IMG/VR virus record: IMGVR_UViG_3300044695_004869
Source: a virus
Lineage: Duplodnaviria; Caudoviricetes
DNA: 64,000 bases
Direction: 5' to 3' (one strand)
Shown: one piece after another, positions 30,403-41,589 of the stretch
Numbering within the stretch: the first letter of the stretch is position 1
Layout of the letters: every line of letters starts with the position of its first letter
Program-made: the position numbers and the translations under genes
The notes under the pieces: model-generated
What the model was told of the DNA's origin: nothing
What the model saw: only the letters and a program-made list of their open reading frames with translations
The model's database searches: none

Positions 30403-33400
30403 TTAACAAGTAGGACAATTACCTAATAAACTTACTGTGACTCCCACAGGAACTGAAGGTACTGTTGATGAACAAACACTTGTTGCTCCACCCGCTGAAA
30501 TAATCAAAGGAGAAATTTCAGTCACACAACATGGTGTAAATGTTATTGAAACTTCTTTTGTTAGATTAGTATTAACAATTCTATAGAAAAAACAATTTGG
30601 GGTTGGGGTTGGTGTTTTTGTTGGGGTTGGTGTTTTTGTTTTAGTAATTGTAGGTGTTACCGTTTTAGTTGGGGTTGGAGTTGGAGTTTTGGTTTTTGTT
30701 GGTGTTACTGTTTTAGTGATTGTTGGCGTTGGGGTTGGAGTTTTAGTTTTTGTTGGAGTTGGAGTTGGGGTTGAGCAAGGTAATTCAGATAAACAACTAT
30801 TGCAAGAAGTGAATGTGGTCCCGTTCCAAACTAAATTTGTCGTACCAACTGTAACAGAGATAACTTGATAACAGTTAAAGTCAGTACCAACTATTACACT
30901 ACCTATTACAAAATTTATTGGTAAATTAACATATCTTATTTGTTTTGTACAACAATTTTCTACCACATATGTAAATAATTGTGGTTCAGGTGTTCTAGTT
31001 GGTGTTGGAGTTTTAGTTGGAGTAGCAGTTGGCGTTAACGCCGGTATTACATCAAAATTACATATTGAAGCGTATACCACACTTAATCCATTACCTGGTC
31101 CTGATATTGTTAATACGTTGAACGGACCATTTGCGGTTATTGTAAATAAACCGCTACCAATTCCAAAAGTACTATTACAAAATGGGTTTGAGATATCCTG
31201 ACTTGCGGTTATAACGTTATTGTTTATGGTTGCACAACAATACTCACATGAAGTAATTATTGGATTTCCACTATCTGTGGTTATTATAAATGAATCAGTA
31301 CTGGTTGGTGTATATCTATAATTAACCAATCTGATTGTTACATTATTAACAGGGTTATTAAATGTTAAAGTATATGAAAATGCGTTTTGACCAAAAAATA
31401 ATGGTGGGTTTAAAGTTATTTGTGATGAACCACAAGAAGGTACAAAAGTTATCGGAAGTCCTTGACTAACAAAACCTGTGTGTGTTTCACTTATTGTAAC
31501 ACCATCAATAATAACGGGTAATTCTAATGGTAAGGCATTATCTATTGGACAACAACCACCTATAGGGTTTGTTGAAGTTGGGGTTGGGGTCACCGTTTGT
31601 GTTGGTGTTTGTGTTGGTCTTGCGGTTGAAGAATTAGTTGGGGTAACAGTTGGTGTTGTTGTGTTAGTTGGTGTTGATGTTGGTGTTGGTGGTGGATCTG
31701 TTGGAGTATTAGTAGGTGTTGGAGTAAATGTTGGTGTGTTAGTAACTGTTGCGGTTGGTGTTGGAGTTGTACCACTAGGTGTAAATGAACTTATGGAACA
31801 TTCCGGTATGGATGAAGCTCCGGCAACTTGAATTAATGGTATTGTGTTTATAGGTGTTAAACTATAAGGGAATGTTAAGGAAATTGAATACAATTGGGCT
31901 GAATTTGAATCAACAACATAAACACCATTTACATCACTATATAATCCAAAAGGAAATGGGAAAGGTAGAGAAATATCTACTTCGACTGCTCCTGTATTGA
32001 AATTATGTTGTGTGACCCAAGATAATGTACCTGTTGGGTTGTTATATGTCACAATTAATTTAGGTGAAACTCCGGGAATATATAAAATATCACCAGAAAC
32101 ATATCTATTAGAAACTAAAGGAAATAAAATTGTTAAAACCGGTGAGGCTAAATTTGTGACATCAACGGTGAAAAAATTAGCTGATGAACCTAAAGGAAAA
32201 GTAAATTGACTTATCAACACCGTGTTATCATTTATTACCCCTAATCCGGCTCCTGAGGTAAACGGTAATTGAGTTACCGTAGATCCGGTTGGTGAAATTG
32301 CAAATGGACATGGAGTATAATCAAAAATTCTTAAATTAATCCCACCATTTGTAAAAATTCTATTAGTTGTATGTGCAATGTCCGCACCACCACCAGCAAA
32401 AGGTGGGAAATATTGAGTTAAATTAGTTATTGTATTTGTATTTTGATTATATGATACAATAGATCCGAGACCTGATAAACTACCATTAAATAAAATACTA
32501 CAATCTTCCAAACAAGGTAATCCTCCGGTTGGAGTTACCGTTGGGGTTGATGTGTTAGTGGGAGTATTGGTTGGGGTTGGTGGTGGATCTGTTGGGGTAA
32601 CGGTTGGGGTTGGGGTTGTTGTTGGTGTGGCTTGAGGTACAGTAAATTCTAATGTTATACAATCAGGACTTTGACCCGAATCAAAAGACCTAATTTGTAA
32701 AAAGTTTCCAAGATAAGAAGTCGTGTATGGTGGTGAAGTTTGTATTGTATAAAGTTCACCAGTAAAAGATCCAATATAAAAAAAATTATTCCATTGGAAA
32801 AATGATTGAATGTAAGTTGTTATTGGAATTGGTATGTCTATTTGTGGTTGCCAAGACCCACCAACATAATGAAATTGTGTCACATATTTTTGATTTGTTG
32901 TTGTGTCAAATCCTATGGTAATCATTTTACCGTTGTTATTCATAACAACTTCACTTATTTGTCTATCATTTGATAAATTACTTAATTGATATAATATAGT
33001 TTTGGACCAAATAGGCCCACTAATATCCACCAATACAATATCAAAACCTGTGTTACCGAATCCCATAGATACTAATAAATTAGGGTTAACGATATTTGTT
33101 ATTGGATCTCTATACACACATAATGCACCCGCCAACCAACCTAATGATGGGATAGCGCTTGGAGATGCGATGTCTCTAGACCATACCGCACTCCAAGGGT
33201 TTAATGTAATATCCCATTCTCTTATTCCTTGAGAAGCGTCTTGACATATCCATAATTTTGTTGATGTATTTGTCATGCTTTGCCCAAGTACATTTAAGGA
33301 TTGGGGTAAATTAAGAAATGTTGTTGTATTTAAGGATGGGTTATACACATATAAACCAACACTTGTTGGTTGAGAGGTATCCAACCTTGTCATTATTAGA

Positions 33401-35421
33401 GGAAGACAATCCACATTAACAAATTCTGATGTTGGAGTCGGGGTTGGTGTTGGTGTTGGAGTTGGAGTTACACATGGATTACAAAATACGAATAAATCAC
33501 AAGTGTTTGTACAAGAATTATAAACGTAACCATCAGGACAAGAATATCCGGTTTCAAGATAATCACCATTTTCATTCTGAACTACATTTGATTGTGGTAC
33601 ACCACTCGATGTAAAAATAATATTCAAGTCATTTAATGTTGTTGCATTTACTAAATCAGATAAGGTATTGTCGTAAATTTCACAACCAAAAGCGGCTTGT
33701 CCCCCGTCATTCCAACCATATAGTTCAACCACATGATCCCCCGCATTTAATGTGATAGGGTAAACATTCCATCTTGTGAAAGGGTAATTAGCACCATACC
33801 AAGATGAAGTTGCTAATTTTGTATTCACAATAACATTACCATCCAAAACTAATTTAAAATGATTATCTGCGGCTACACCTATGTAATAAGTTTTTGTTTC
33901 TGATATGTTTATACAAGTACTAAATCCAAGCCACGTATTCAAAGGAATGTATGATGGTGAACTTGTCCAAATACCACATCTATTTAATGGTCCTGATGAT
34001 GTTGAAGATGTTGTATTTTTCCAAAGATTTGGTGTATTAATTACCGTATATAAACCATCGGTAATTGATGTTACGAAACCATTGATTGTGTAGTTTGGGT
34101 TGTACACATAAGTACCAAACCCCGAATAACTACTATATGGTCTTGGAATTAAATCATATTGTGATGTTGGTGGTGTCGATTCAATAGATGATATTGTATA
34201 ACAAGTTGTAGCATTATATGCACTATACGATGGCCCACACTGAACTTCACAATCTAATTCACAAATTGGAGTTGTTGGAGTCATAGTTGGTGTTGGAGTT
34301 GATGTTGGTGCAGGTTGTATTGAATCGCTACATATATCAACAATTGTACCCGCTTCACTACCAGGACCTGTTATGGTTAGTGTGGTAAAAGGTGAAGAGT
34401 TTGAGATTGTAAATGTTCCTCCACCATTTTGAGGATCTGGTGAACCTGATGGACAATATGTTGCGGTAACCACATTTCCATTTATTGTGGCACAACAATA
34501 ATCACAAGAAGATAAAACAGGATTTCCCGTGTTTGTTGTAAACGTAAACGATTCCGCACCTAAAGTACTAATACTATAATTAATTAATCTTATGACTATA
34601 TTATTTACAGGAGAACTAAAGTTTAATATGTATGTAAAAGATGTATTGGAAATTGAACTACCTAAAAACACTGTATTTGTTGCCGATCCCGGTGGTGTCA
34701 TACACCAAGCAAGAACTCCACCGAATGTTGTTGATAGAACATCACCAAAACCAGATGCGGTTATTGTTACACCATTTACAATTGTTGAAGATCCCAAACC
34801 AGGTAAGGAACTAACTGATTCACATATTGGACAAACAGGAGTGGGGGTTGGAGTTGGTGGGATCTGAGTTGGTGTTGCTGTTGGGGTTGTAATAAAAGTT
34901 GTTGTGGGTGTTGGTGTGGGGGTAACATCACCACAAGGGTAATCTATTGTACATGGACCACAACCACTTAATTGTTCCGTTAATTTATCGAATTCTATTA
35001 CTAATGTTGGGGTAGATGCCGAAGTGGCTATGGTAACACACCCCGTAAATTGTGCCGACTCAACATAATATGAATTACTTGATAATGGAAAAAAGTCAGG
35101 TGGAACATCTGTTATTTGAATTATTTCATTTGAATTACAACAAGATACAAATATTGCAACTCCGGGTAATGGACAGGCTCCTATTGATACATCAAAAATT
35201 GCATCTGAACATACGTTGTTCGGGTCGTAAATATACCAACCTGTGTCAGGAAATGAGTCACTATCCGTTGATCTTGGTTCACCACAGAAAATACCTTCCC
35301 AACCAATCATTTCCCAATAACCATTTATATTCCATCTAATTGTTAATGGAGTTGCATTATCGTATGCAACCCAAGAAGGTTTTGAGTTATAAAAACCAAT
35401 AAAATTAAAATCATAATTCAT
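30403..35421 (-). CDS. Large modular mucin-like surface protein (Pro/Thr stalks, Cys-rich modules, PA14-like domain, duplicated beta-domains)
   Basis: Repeated TPTPT linkers; YYIGVAADNHFKLVLDG...ITLNAGDHVVEL (PA14-like); duplicated CxYCCATINxNV domain. Confidence 0.65.
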   Translation of the reverse strand: MNYDFNFIGFYNSKPSWVAYDNATPLTIRWNINGYWEMIGWEGIFCGEPRSTDSDSFPDTGWYIYDPNNVCSDAIFDVSIGACPLPGVAIFVSCCNSNEIIQITDVPPDFFPLSSNSYYVESAQFTGCVTIATSASTPTLVIEFDKLTEQLSGCGPCTIDYPCGDVTPTPTPTTTFITTPTATPTQIPPTPTPTPVCPICESVSSLPGLGSSTIVNGVTITASGFGDVLSTTFGGVLAWCMTPPGSATNTVFLGSSISNTSFTYILNFSSPVNNIVIRLINYSISTLGAESFTFTTNTGNPVLSSCDYCCATINGNVVTATYCPSGSPDPQNGGGTFTISNSSPFTTLTITGPGSEAGTIVDICSDSIQPAPTSTPTPTMTPTTPICELDCEVQCGPSYSAYNATTCYTISSIESTPPTSQYDLIPRPYSSYSGFGTYVYNPNYTINGFVTSITDGLYTVINTPNLWKNTTSSTSSGPLNRCGIWTSSPSYIPLNTWLGFSTCINISETKTYYIGVAADNHFKLVLDGNVIVNTKLATSSWYGANYPFTRWNVYPITLNAGDHVVELYGWNDGGQAAFGCEIYDNTLSDLVNATTLNDLNIIFTSSGVPQSNVVQNENGDYLETGYSCPDGYVYNSCTNTCDLFVFCNPCVTPTPTPTPTPTPTSEFVNVDCLPLIMTRLDTSQPTSVGLYVYNPSLNTTTFLNLPQSLNVLGQSMTNTSTKLWICQDASQGIREWDITLNPWSAVWSRDIASPSAIPSLGWLAGALCVYRDPITNIVNPNLLVSMGFGNTGFDIVLVDISGPIWSKTILYQLSNLSNDRQISEVVMNNNGKMITIGFDTTTNQKYVTQFHYVGGSWQPQIDIPIPITTYIQSFFQWNNFFYIGSFTGELYTIQTSPPYTTSYLGNFLQIRSFDSGQSPDCITLEFTVPQATPTTTPTPTVTPTDPPPTPTNTPTNTSTPTVTPTGGLPCLEDCSILFNGSLSGLGSIVSYNQNTNTITNLTQYFPPFAGGGADIAHTTNRIFTNGGINLRIFDYTPCPFAISPTGSTVTQLPFTSGAGLGVINDNTVLISQFTFPLGSSANFFTVDVTNLASPVLTILFPLVSNRYVSGDILYIPGVSPKLIVTYNNPTGTLSWVTQHNFNTGAVEVDISLPFPFPFGLYSDVNGVYVVDSNSAQLYSISLTFPYSLTPINTIPLIQVAGASSIPECSISSFTPSGTTPTPTATVTNTPTFTPTPTNTPTDPPPTPTSTPTNTTTPTVTPTNSSTARPTQTPTQTVTPTPTSTNPIGGCCPIDNALPLELPVIIDGVTISETHTGFVSQGLPITFVPSCGSSQITLNPPLFFGQNAFSYTLTFNNPVNNVTIRLVNYRYTPTSTDSFIITTDSGNPIITSCEYCCATINNNVITASQDISNPFCNSTFGIGSGLFTITANGPFNVLTISGPGNGLSVVYASICNFDVIPALTPTATPTKTPTPTRTPEPQLFTYVVENCCTKQIRYVNLPINFVIGSVIVGTDFNCYQVISVTVGTTNLVWNGTTFTSCNSCLSELPCSTPTPTPTKTKTPTPTPTITKTVTPTKTKTPTPTPTKTVTPTITKTKTPTPTKTPTPTPNCFFYRIVNTNLTKEVSITFTPCCVTEISPLIISAGGATSVCSSTVPSVPVGVTVSLLGNCPTC

Positions 35422-35447
35422 TTTTTATATCGTTTGTTTCTTTAATT

Positions 35448-37352
35448 TTAACTACTAATAAATGTAAGTAAATTACTCGTTATCTGTCCACCACCAGCGG
35501 CTGGTGTTAAAAATGCGGTAATGGATATTCTATATGTATGACCCGGAGGACAAGGACCACCATATCCATTTGGATTAACCGCGCTCGGGAACCAATCCGT
35601 CTGTTGTATTGTTGCTCCTGCTTGCCATCCAGTAGGTCCGCTTGCCCAAAAATTTATCGATGTTTGAGTAGGTGGTATGTTTGTAACTTTCCAATGTACA
35701 AAATAACCATTTGGACTTGTTCCTCCGGCGTTTATATCTTCCATTAATAAACTATAACTAATAACATCGTTTGTTGTAAAATTAGTTAAAGACCAACCTA
35801 ACCCAACACTATAGTTTAGTCCACCACAAAGAGGGTGTTTAACCACAGAACTTAATGTTTGCCCATTTAAGAATTGAGGACTCTGAACCAATATGCTTTT
35901 CGCTCCAAAATTTGCACCTCCACATGGGGTTTGTGTCATTGTAGTCCCTATCTGATAATAATAATTATTTTGACAGGTTGTTGCGGTTGTGGGGTTCAAA
36001 CCGGGTAAAGTTATTGTATTGATTGATTGTGGATTAACCATAGGTGCATTTCCTCCCATCCACGCTTTTATACCTAATTCATTTGCAACGTCATCAATAC
36101 GACAAGCATAACCCAACCAATTATTGTAAGTTCCCGTAAATGTAAATACATTTTGAGGTCCACTTGTTACAGGATATGAAGGAATACTATTTCCCGCAAA
36201 AACTAAACCAATTACTTTAAAGTTTGGTGATGCTTGAGTACCAAAATTTGCGATAAGAATTGACCCCGAATCTCCCGCCGCACATGGCCATAAACAATGA
36301 GGTTGGGCGGGATTTCCACTTGGTTTATAAAATGCAATCAATCTGTTATCGAAAGATGCGTTTGTACCATACTGATTACCTCCAGAAATATGCCATTTAT
36401 ATCCACCAACCGTTTGGAATTGGTTTATCCCAAATAATCTTAACTCACAACCTGGTGTTCCTAAACCTTTTGGACCTGTTGATCTTCCAGTACTATATAA
36501 TTGTGGGTTAGTGACCATCAAATTATCAATTTCTGCTGTCGTTGCAAAAGGTAACGGAGAAGTCATCAAAGATTCAAATCCCGAAAATTTCCACGATTGA
36601 TTGAAATCTATTTTATTACAATCAATACTAACTAATGCTCCATCTACTCTGTTTTTGGGAACTAAAGAAGGTGAGGGGGACGAAATTCCGACGGTTAAGT
36701 TAATAGAACTATTTGGAACTAAAGGCACATATCTTACAACTTGACCATATTTTAAATTTGTTTGGAAACCGAATTCGCCTGGTTGACAAGAAAAATTGCT
36801 ATTTGGAAAAACTTCATTTGTTGTTGGGAAATTATTTCCTAAGAAAGCATTTAAATTTTGGTATTGGGCAGCAATTGAGTTACCAATAACAACGTGATTA
36901 TTAGTTAAACCAACCAATGCATTTGTATGAATGTCTTGAACTATCATCCCTAATGTTCCGACAGAATTACTTTGATTAACGGAAGTTATCGATATTCCAC
37001 CCTTTAGTGTTGCAAATGCGGATCTGTTTGTTGGTGCAGTCAAAATAAATGGTTCACAAATGGGTGGTGGGTTAGTAACGGGTGTTGTTCTACTACATTG
37101 TAATGCGTAAACCTCACCAACTTGTATTACATCAGTTTTAAGTGTTAAATTATCGTTTATATTTATTTCTGAAGGTAATATCTCATCTTCAGATAATTCT
37201 GATAATGGTTTTTTTTCTTTAACGGTAAAGGATATACAAATTTCACCAGTATATACACCGCCAGTTTGTTTGAAAGAATACCCAACACCAATATCGGATG
37301 GTGTTTTATCAGCCCATTCTTGAAGTTTTTTATTTATTTCATTTGTTATCAT
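35448..37352 (-). CDS. Trypsin-like serine protease with prodomain, fused to C-terminal PEBP (YbhB/YbcL-like) domain
   Basis: GTLG...LTNNHVV (His), VDGAL (Asp), AGDSGS (Ser); C-terminal LLMEDIN...FVHWKVTNIP...GYGGPCPPGHTYRI. Confidence 0.8.
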   Translation of the reverse strand: MITNEINKKLQEWADKTPSDIGVGYSFKQTGGVYTGEICISFTVKEKKPLSELSEDEILPSEININDNLTLKTDVIQVGEVYALQCSRTTPVTNPPPICEPFILTAPTNRSAFATLKGGISITSVNQSNSVGTLGMIVQDIHTNALVGLTNNHVVIGNSIAAQYQNLNAFLGNNFPTTNEVFPNSNFSCQPGEFGFQTNLKYGQVVRYVPLVPNSSINLTVGISSPSPSLVPKNRVDGALVSIDCNKIDFNQSWKFSGFESLMTSPLPFATTAEIDNLMVTNPQLYSTGRSTGPKGLGTPGCELRLFGINQFQTVGGYKWHISGGNQYGTNASFDNRLIAFYKPSGNPAQPHCLWPCAAGDSGSILIANFGTQASPNFKVIGLVFAGNSIPSYPVTSGPQNVFTFTGTYNNWLGYACRIDDVANELGIKAWMGGNAPMVNPQSINTITLPGLNPTTATTCQNNYYYQIGTTMTQTPCGGANFGAKSILVQSPQFLNGQTLSSVVKHPLCGGLNYSVGLGWSLTNFTTNDVISYSLLMEDINAGGTSPNGYFVHWKVTNIPPTQTSINFWASGPTGWQAGATIQQTDWFPSAVNPNGYGGPCPPGHTYRISITAFLTPAAGGGQITSNLLTFISS

Positions 37353-37362
37353 TATATTTTTT

Positions 37363-38991
37363 TTAACAACTTATATTAGGTATTATGGAGAATGAATCAA
37401 ATTGAACTATAACACCATTATTATCGGTTTTAACCATATAAAGATTTTGTAAATTATTACATAAACCCGCTTGGGTTGGATCGTAAATAAACCTCGTATT
37501 TGTTTGGGGTGGATATATACCTGATCCGTTAGGAGTAAAACCATAAATTGTTACACCTAACGCCGGTGGACTATAACATCTTTTGGTCATTCCTTGAACT
37601 TGGGATGTAACGTTACAATTAGTCAAGAAACAAGCGTAAGTGTTAAGTTGACATTTTATTAAACTATCACTTATAGAAGATGGGTTTGTTATAACAACAT
37701 TAGAACCATTACAAACAAGATTATAACCTGTTTGAAATGAGAATGGATTTGGTATAAGATTTCCTCTTGTTGGTGTTGGTGTTGGAGTTTTAGTTGGTGT
37801 TGGAGTTGGTAATGGGTTATTACAATCATATACCTCAAATGAAACAAATGACGTAAATGGACCAACCGCAGCATTAATAGGTGTTCGAGTTGGAGTTTTA
37901 GTTGGTGTTGGTGTTGGAGTTTTAGTTGGGGTTGGAGTTAATCCAAATGTTTTACTTGGTGTTGGTGTTGGTGTTTTGGTTGGTGTTGTTGTTTTAGTTG
38001 GTGTATTTGTAGGAGTTGGAGATAAACCAGGAGTAGGTGTTGGAGTTTTAGTAGGGGTTGGTGTTAATCCTTGTGTTGGGGTTGGAGTTTGTGTTGGTGT
38101 TTGTGTTGGTGTTTTTGTTGGAGTTATAGTATTTGTAGGAGTTATTGTTGGAGTATTTGTTGGAGTTGGTGTTGGAGCAACCGGATCACAAGTACAAACA
38201 CTTTGAAGATATGTGGTACCATTACCTGTAAGTTTAGTAACAGATAATGCACATAATGTTGATGCAAAATCAGTTGAAGCACTGATTGTTGTTGTATTTC
38301 CAGAACAATCTAAATAACTAAATGTTGATCCTGTCACATCTGTACCACCATAATAATACCAAGTATTACAACAAGGTATTGGTGTAGAACTTGGGGTTAA
38401 AGTTGGAGTTGGAGTTGGAGTTGATGTTTGTACAAAAATTTCCATACAAAATTCATCAATAGGTACAGGTTCTGGCGCAAATGGACTCGGAGCAGGAGTT
38501 CTTGTTGGTGTAGGAGTTGGTGTGTCTTGAGGACAACAACATTCGGTTGTTGTCGTTGTTGTTGTTGGACAAACATTATTACAACATGGGAATTCTATTA
38601 GGTAACAATCTTCATATGGTAAATCTTCCGCAATAAAACTTTCTTGCACATTAATAAATAATTGTTCTCTTATTGGTAATATTAAAACACCTTGAGAATT
38701 TCTTAATAAAAATTGAGCCTCATATCTTGCGGTTTTATTTGTATCTTGTGGTTTAAATTGATAATATATATAATATTCAGGTTCAGCGTTTGGATCCATA
38801 AGTTCTTTCTCAACAAATCCAGCAGGGCTTGTTGAGATTTTAGGGATCCCGGTTTCAACATTTGTCATTGAAAAGAAGATTGCGGACTCTTCGATCATAT
38901 CCATGAAAGAATTGTAATCGCTTCTACCGTCTTTTACAACCTGTAATTTTAATATAGGGAGAGTAGCATTCTTTTTAATGAAAAATTCCAT
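37363..38991 (-). CDS. BppU-like N-terminal anchor plus Thr/Pro mucin-like stalks and Cys-rich modules
   Basis: [16 protein letters not shown]...[19 protein letters not shown]; long TPTKTPTPT runs. Confidence 0.55.
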   Translation of the reverse strand: MEFFIKKNATLPILKLQVVKDGRSDYNSFMDMIEESAIFFSMTNVETGIPKISTSPAGFVEKELMDPNAEPEYYIYYQFKPQDTNKTARYEAQFLLRNSQGVLILPIREQLFINVQESFIAEDLPYEDCYLIEFPCCNNVCPTTTTTTTECCCPQDTPTPTPTRTPAPSPFAPEPVPIDEFCMEIFVQTSTPTPTPTLTPSSTPIPCCNTWYYYGGTDVTGSTFSYLDCSGNTTTISASTDFASTLCALSVTKLTGNGTTYLQSVCTCDPVAPTPTPTNTPTITPTNTITPTKTPTQTPTQTPTPTQGLTPTPTKTPTPTPGLSPTPTNTPTKTTTPTKTPTPTPSKTFGLTPTPTKTPTPTPTKTPTRTPINAAVGPFTSFVSFEVYDCNNPLPTPTPTKTPTPTPTRGNLIPNPFSFQTGYNLVCNGSNVVITNPSSISDSLIKCQLNTYACFLTNCNVTSQVQGMTKRCYSPPALGVTIYGFTPNGSGIYPPQTNTRFIYDPTQAGLCNNLQNLYMVKTDNNGVIVQFDSFSIIPNISC

Positions 38992-39029
38992 TTATAGTTT
39001 TTACTATAAATATGCGGAACTACTAAATA

Positions 39030-40703
39030 TTAACATTCTTTTCTTAAAGAACCATCATAATGATCAAATCTATTATGTTCTGTCGGTGTTGATAATAAAA
39101 TACCTGATTTAATATTACCTTTTACCGTTTCTTGATAACAATGACTCATTAATGTTTGTTCATATGGGTTTTGGAATTTTGTTTTTAAATAACAATTATA
39201 ATTTCCTTCCTTAGACATTAATATTGGCCAATTAGATAAATAAATTTCTCCCGAAGCGTAAGGTACATTTCTATAAGATTTTATATGTTTAAATTCTAAA
39301 TTTGGTGAATTTGGGTCTAATCCCTGTTGAGGTAATTTAGGGTTATTTGGCCAATGAGATTCTCTAAATTCTTGAGGTACATTGTACCAAGCCCATTGTT
39401 TGTCGTGGGAACCATAAAACTCACTGAAGTTTAATTTTAAAAAATCAAAATTTTCATTTTTTAGAATGTCTAATGTTATGTCAAATATATTTTTAATATA
39501 TCTATTAAAACCATTTCTACAAGTTAAATCACCACCATTGTAAAAAAACATATCATCTTCAAAAAAATAATAATACCCTAAATCTTTTTGTTCATCAAAA
39601 TGTTCGGCAATAAATTGTCTACCACCAGTTATTCCGATGTTATCCTTTTTTATATGTTCAAACCCATATTCATTACATAATTTAATGTATTCATCTGTAG
39701 TTGTTAAATCGGTAGAATTATTTAAAAGAAATTTTTTAGTTTCATTAATAAATTTAGGGTCGTATTCTAACATTGAATTAATTAGAGTTCTAAATTGATT
39801 TGGAGAATTAAATGTAATAACATATACAGCAATATCACTACCCGTGTTTTTTACTTTAGGTTTTCTATTTTTATTTAAAATAACAACATCATCATTCTTG
39901 ACATCCTCAAAGAATTTATATAATAAACCATTACTTTCTATTTGACAATAATCAATTAATTGTGGGTTTTGATATAATAATATTGTGAATAAACTTTCTT
40001 CCGTACCCATATATCCTTTATTTAAAGTTTCAATAAGTAGGTTATAATATAAGACATTTATTTCGGCTATTGTATGTTTATCACCACCAAAAAAACCTCC
40101 TCTCGCAACAATATTTGGTTCAGAATTAGTTAATCTTTTCATTTCATTATATTCAAAACCATGTACTTCATTTTCCGCATCATATGGAAAACAAACAAAT
40201 AAAAAATTATTTGTTAATATTTTTATTTTATCCATTACTTTATCGTGAGTAAAGTAACCCCAATGAACAGTATTAGTTATTCCCGCATCTATCCAATAAA
40301 GTGAATCGGAATTAAATTTATCTAATATCCTTGCATCATTTAACAAAAACATTTTAGACATAACTAAAGGATTATACATTTCTAATCTTGCCTGTGTGGA
40401 ATCTTTTAACCATCCCGAAAGAGTATACCAACTTTCGTTTAATCTAATTTTTTGTATTTTTTCGTAATATTCATTATTTTTGAACCAATCAACACTTCTA
40501 ACTATAAATTGAGTATTATCTTCATTTCTAAATGTTTTGGCATACTCAATAACTTCTTGGTCACCAAAGATTATTAAATTACCATCATATTGTAAAAGGT
40601 CTTTGAATTTTTCTAAATATGTGTCAAAAGATCTTGACCATCCTTCAGTTAAATTACCTCTTCCGATATTCCATAAACCGGTTACTAATGTTGTGTTTTT
40701 CAT
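39030..40703 (-). CDS. HtrL/YibB-like domain fused to a GT-A (GT2-like) glycosyltransferase domain
   Basis: TLVTGLWNIGRG, YNPLVMSKMFLL, YWIDAG, GGFFGG, GTEESLFT; second domain AVYVITFNSP...YFFEDDMF. Confidence 0.6.
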   Translation of the reverse strand: MKNTTLVTGLWNIGRGNLTEGWSRSFDTYLEKFKDLLQYDGNLIIFGDQEVIEYAKTFRNEDNTQFIVRSVDWFKNNEYYEKIQKIRLNESWYTLSGWLKDSTQARLEMYNPLVMSKMFLLNDARILDKFNSDSLYWIDAGITNTVHWGYFTHDKVMDKIKILTNNFLFVCFPYDAENEVHGFEYNEMKRLTNSEPNIVARGGFFGGDKHTIAEINVLYYNLLIETLNKGYMGTEESLFTILLYQNPQLIDYCQIESNGLLYKFFEDVKNDDVVILNKNRKPKVKNTGSDIAVYVITFNSPNQFRTLINSMLEYDPKFINETKKFLLNNSTDLTTTDEYIKLCNEYGFEHIKKDNIGITGGRQFIAEHFDEQKDLGYYYFFEDDMFFYNGGDLTCRNGFNRYIKNIFDITLDILKNENFDFLKLNFSEFYGSHDKQWAWYNVPQEFRESHWPNNPKLPQQGLDPNSPNLEFKHIKSYRNVPYASGEIYLSNWPILMSKEGNYNCYLKTKFQNPYEQTLMSHCYQETVKGNIKSGILLSTPTEHNRFDHYDGSLRKEC

Positions 40704-40713
40704 ATACTTTTTT

Positions 40714-41589
40714 TTAAAGTGGTGTTATTGGATATTTTGGTATGAATCGTTCTTGATTTGGAATCCCTGTATTGTTAAATGTACAGGTAAAAAATAAAAA
40801 CCCCGAAAACCAATTGGCAATTCTATATATTTGTTTACAAGTTGATAACATATACATATCAAAAATGGTTTCTTTAAGATATTCATATAATATATCGTCT
40901 GTTAAATTCATAGTTCTAATATGTTCAAAGGTCAATGGAAATTTGTAATCATTTAAAATAAAATTTTCATGACTTGAATTTCTTAAATAGTTTTTAACTA
41001 TATCAAATTGAACGGAAACATAAACTTTTTTATTTTTATTTGAAATTAAAAAATCATCAATTTCACTTTTATATGTGTTAAGATCTTCTTCTTGATTTAC
41101 AGGATTGTCAGATGCGAATGGTCTATAGTGAATACCATAAAACTCATCTCCGAATGAATTACGTTTATTAACACAATATTCCATAACCTCATCTGTGAAA
41201 AAATTAATTTTTGGTAAATCGTCACGATAATACCATGAGTGTTTCATATGATGAATATTGTTTAATTCATCTACCTTTTTATCTACATATACAGAATAGA
41301 TGTGTTCGTAGTTATAATAATATTCATTATTATTTTTTACGGAATCAAATAAAGATGTGTCACCATTACTTATGATTGTTAGATTATCTAACATATCTAA
41401 TTTAAAAACTTTGTAAAAAACTGATCTATCGGCTGAATTAACTTTATAAGGGTTTCGTGTAAAATCTATATAAACATAAACAGTATAACCTAAGTTTTTT
41501 AATTGTTGTTGTACATCATATACCCTATATATGTTTGAATACATATCCCCTAACCCACTATTAAGACCTGTTATTATATGTGCATTCAT
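40714..41589 (-). CDS. Putative fucosyltransferase-like GT-B enzyme (NodZ/O-FucT-like)
   Basis: GLNSGLGDMY, YGIHYR, VYVSV, DMYMLSTC...FSGF. Confidence 0.45.
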   Translation of the reverse strand: MNAHIITGLNSGLGDMYSNIYRVYDVQQQLKNLGYTVYVYIDFTRNPYKVNSADRSVFYKVFKLDMLDNLTIISNGDTSLFDSVKNNNEYYYNYEHIYSVYVDKKVDELNNIHHMKHSWYYRDDLPKINFFTDEVMEYCVNKRNSFGDEFYGIHYRPFASDNPVNQEEDLNTYKSEIDDFLISNKNKKVYVSVQFDIVKNYLRNSSHENFILNDYKFPLTFEHIRTMNLTDDILYEYLKETIFDMYMLSTCKQIYRIANWFSGFLFFTCTFNNTGIPNQERFIPKYPITPL

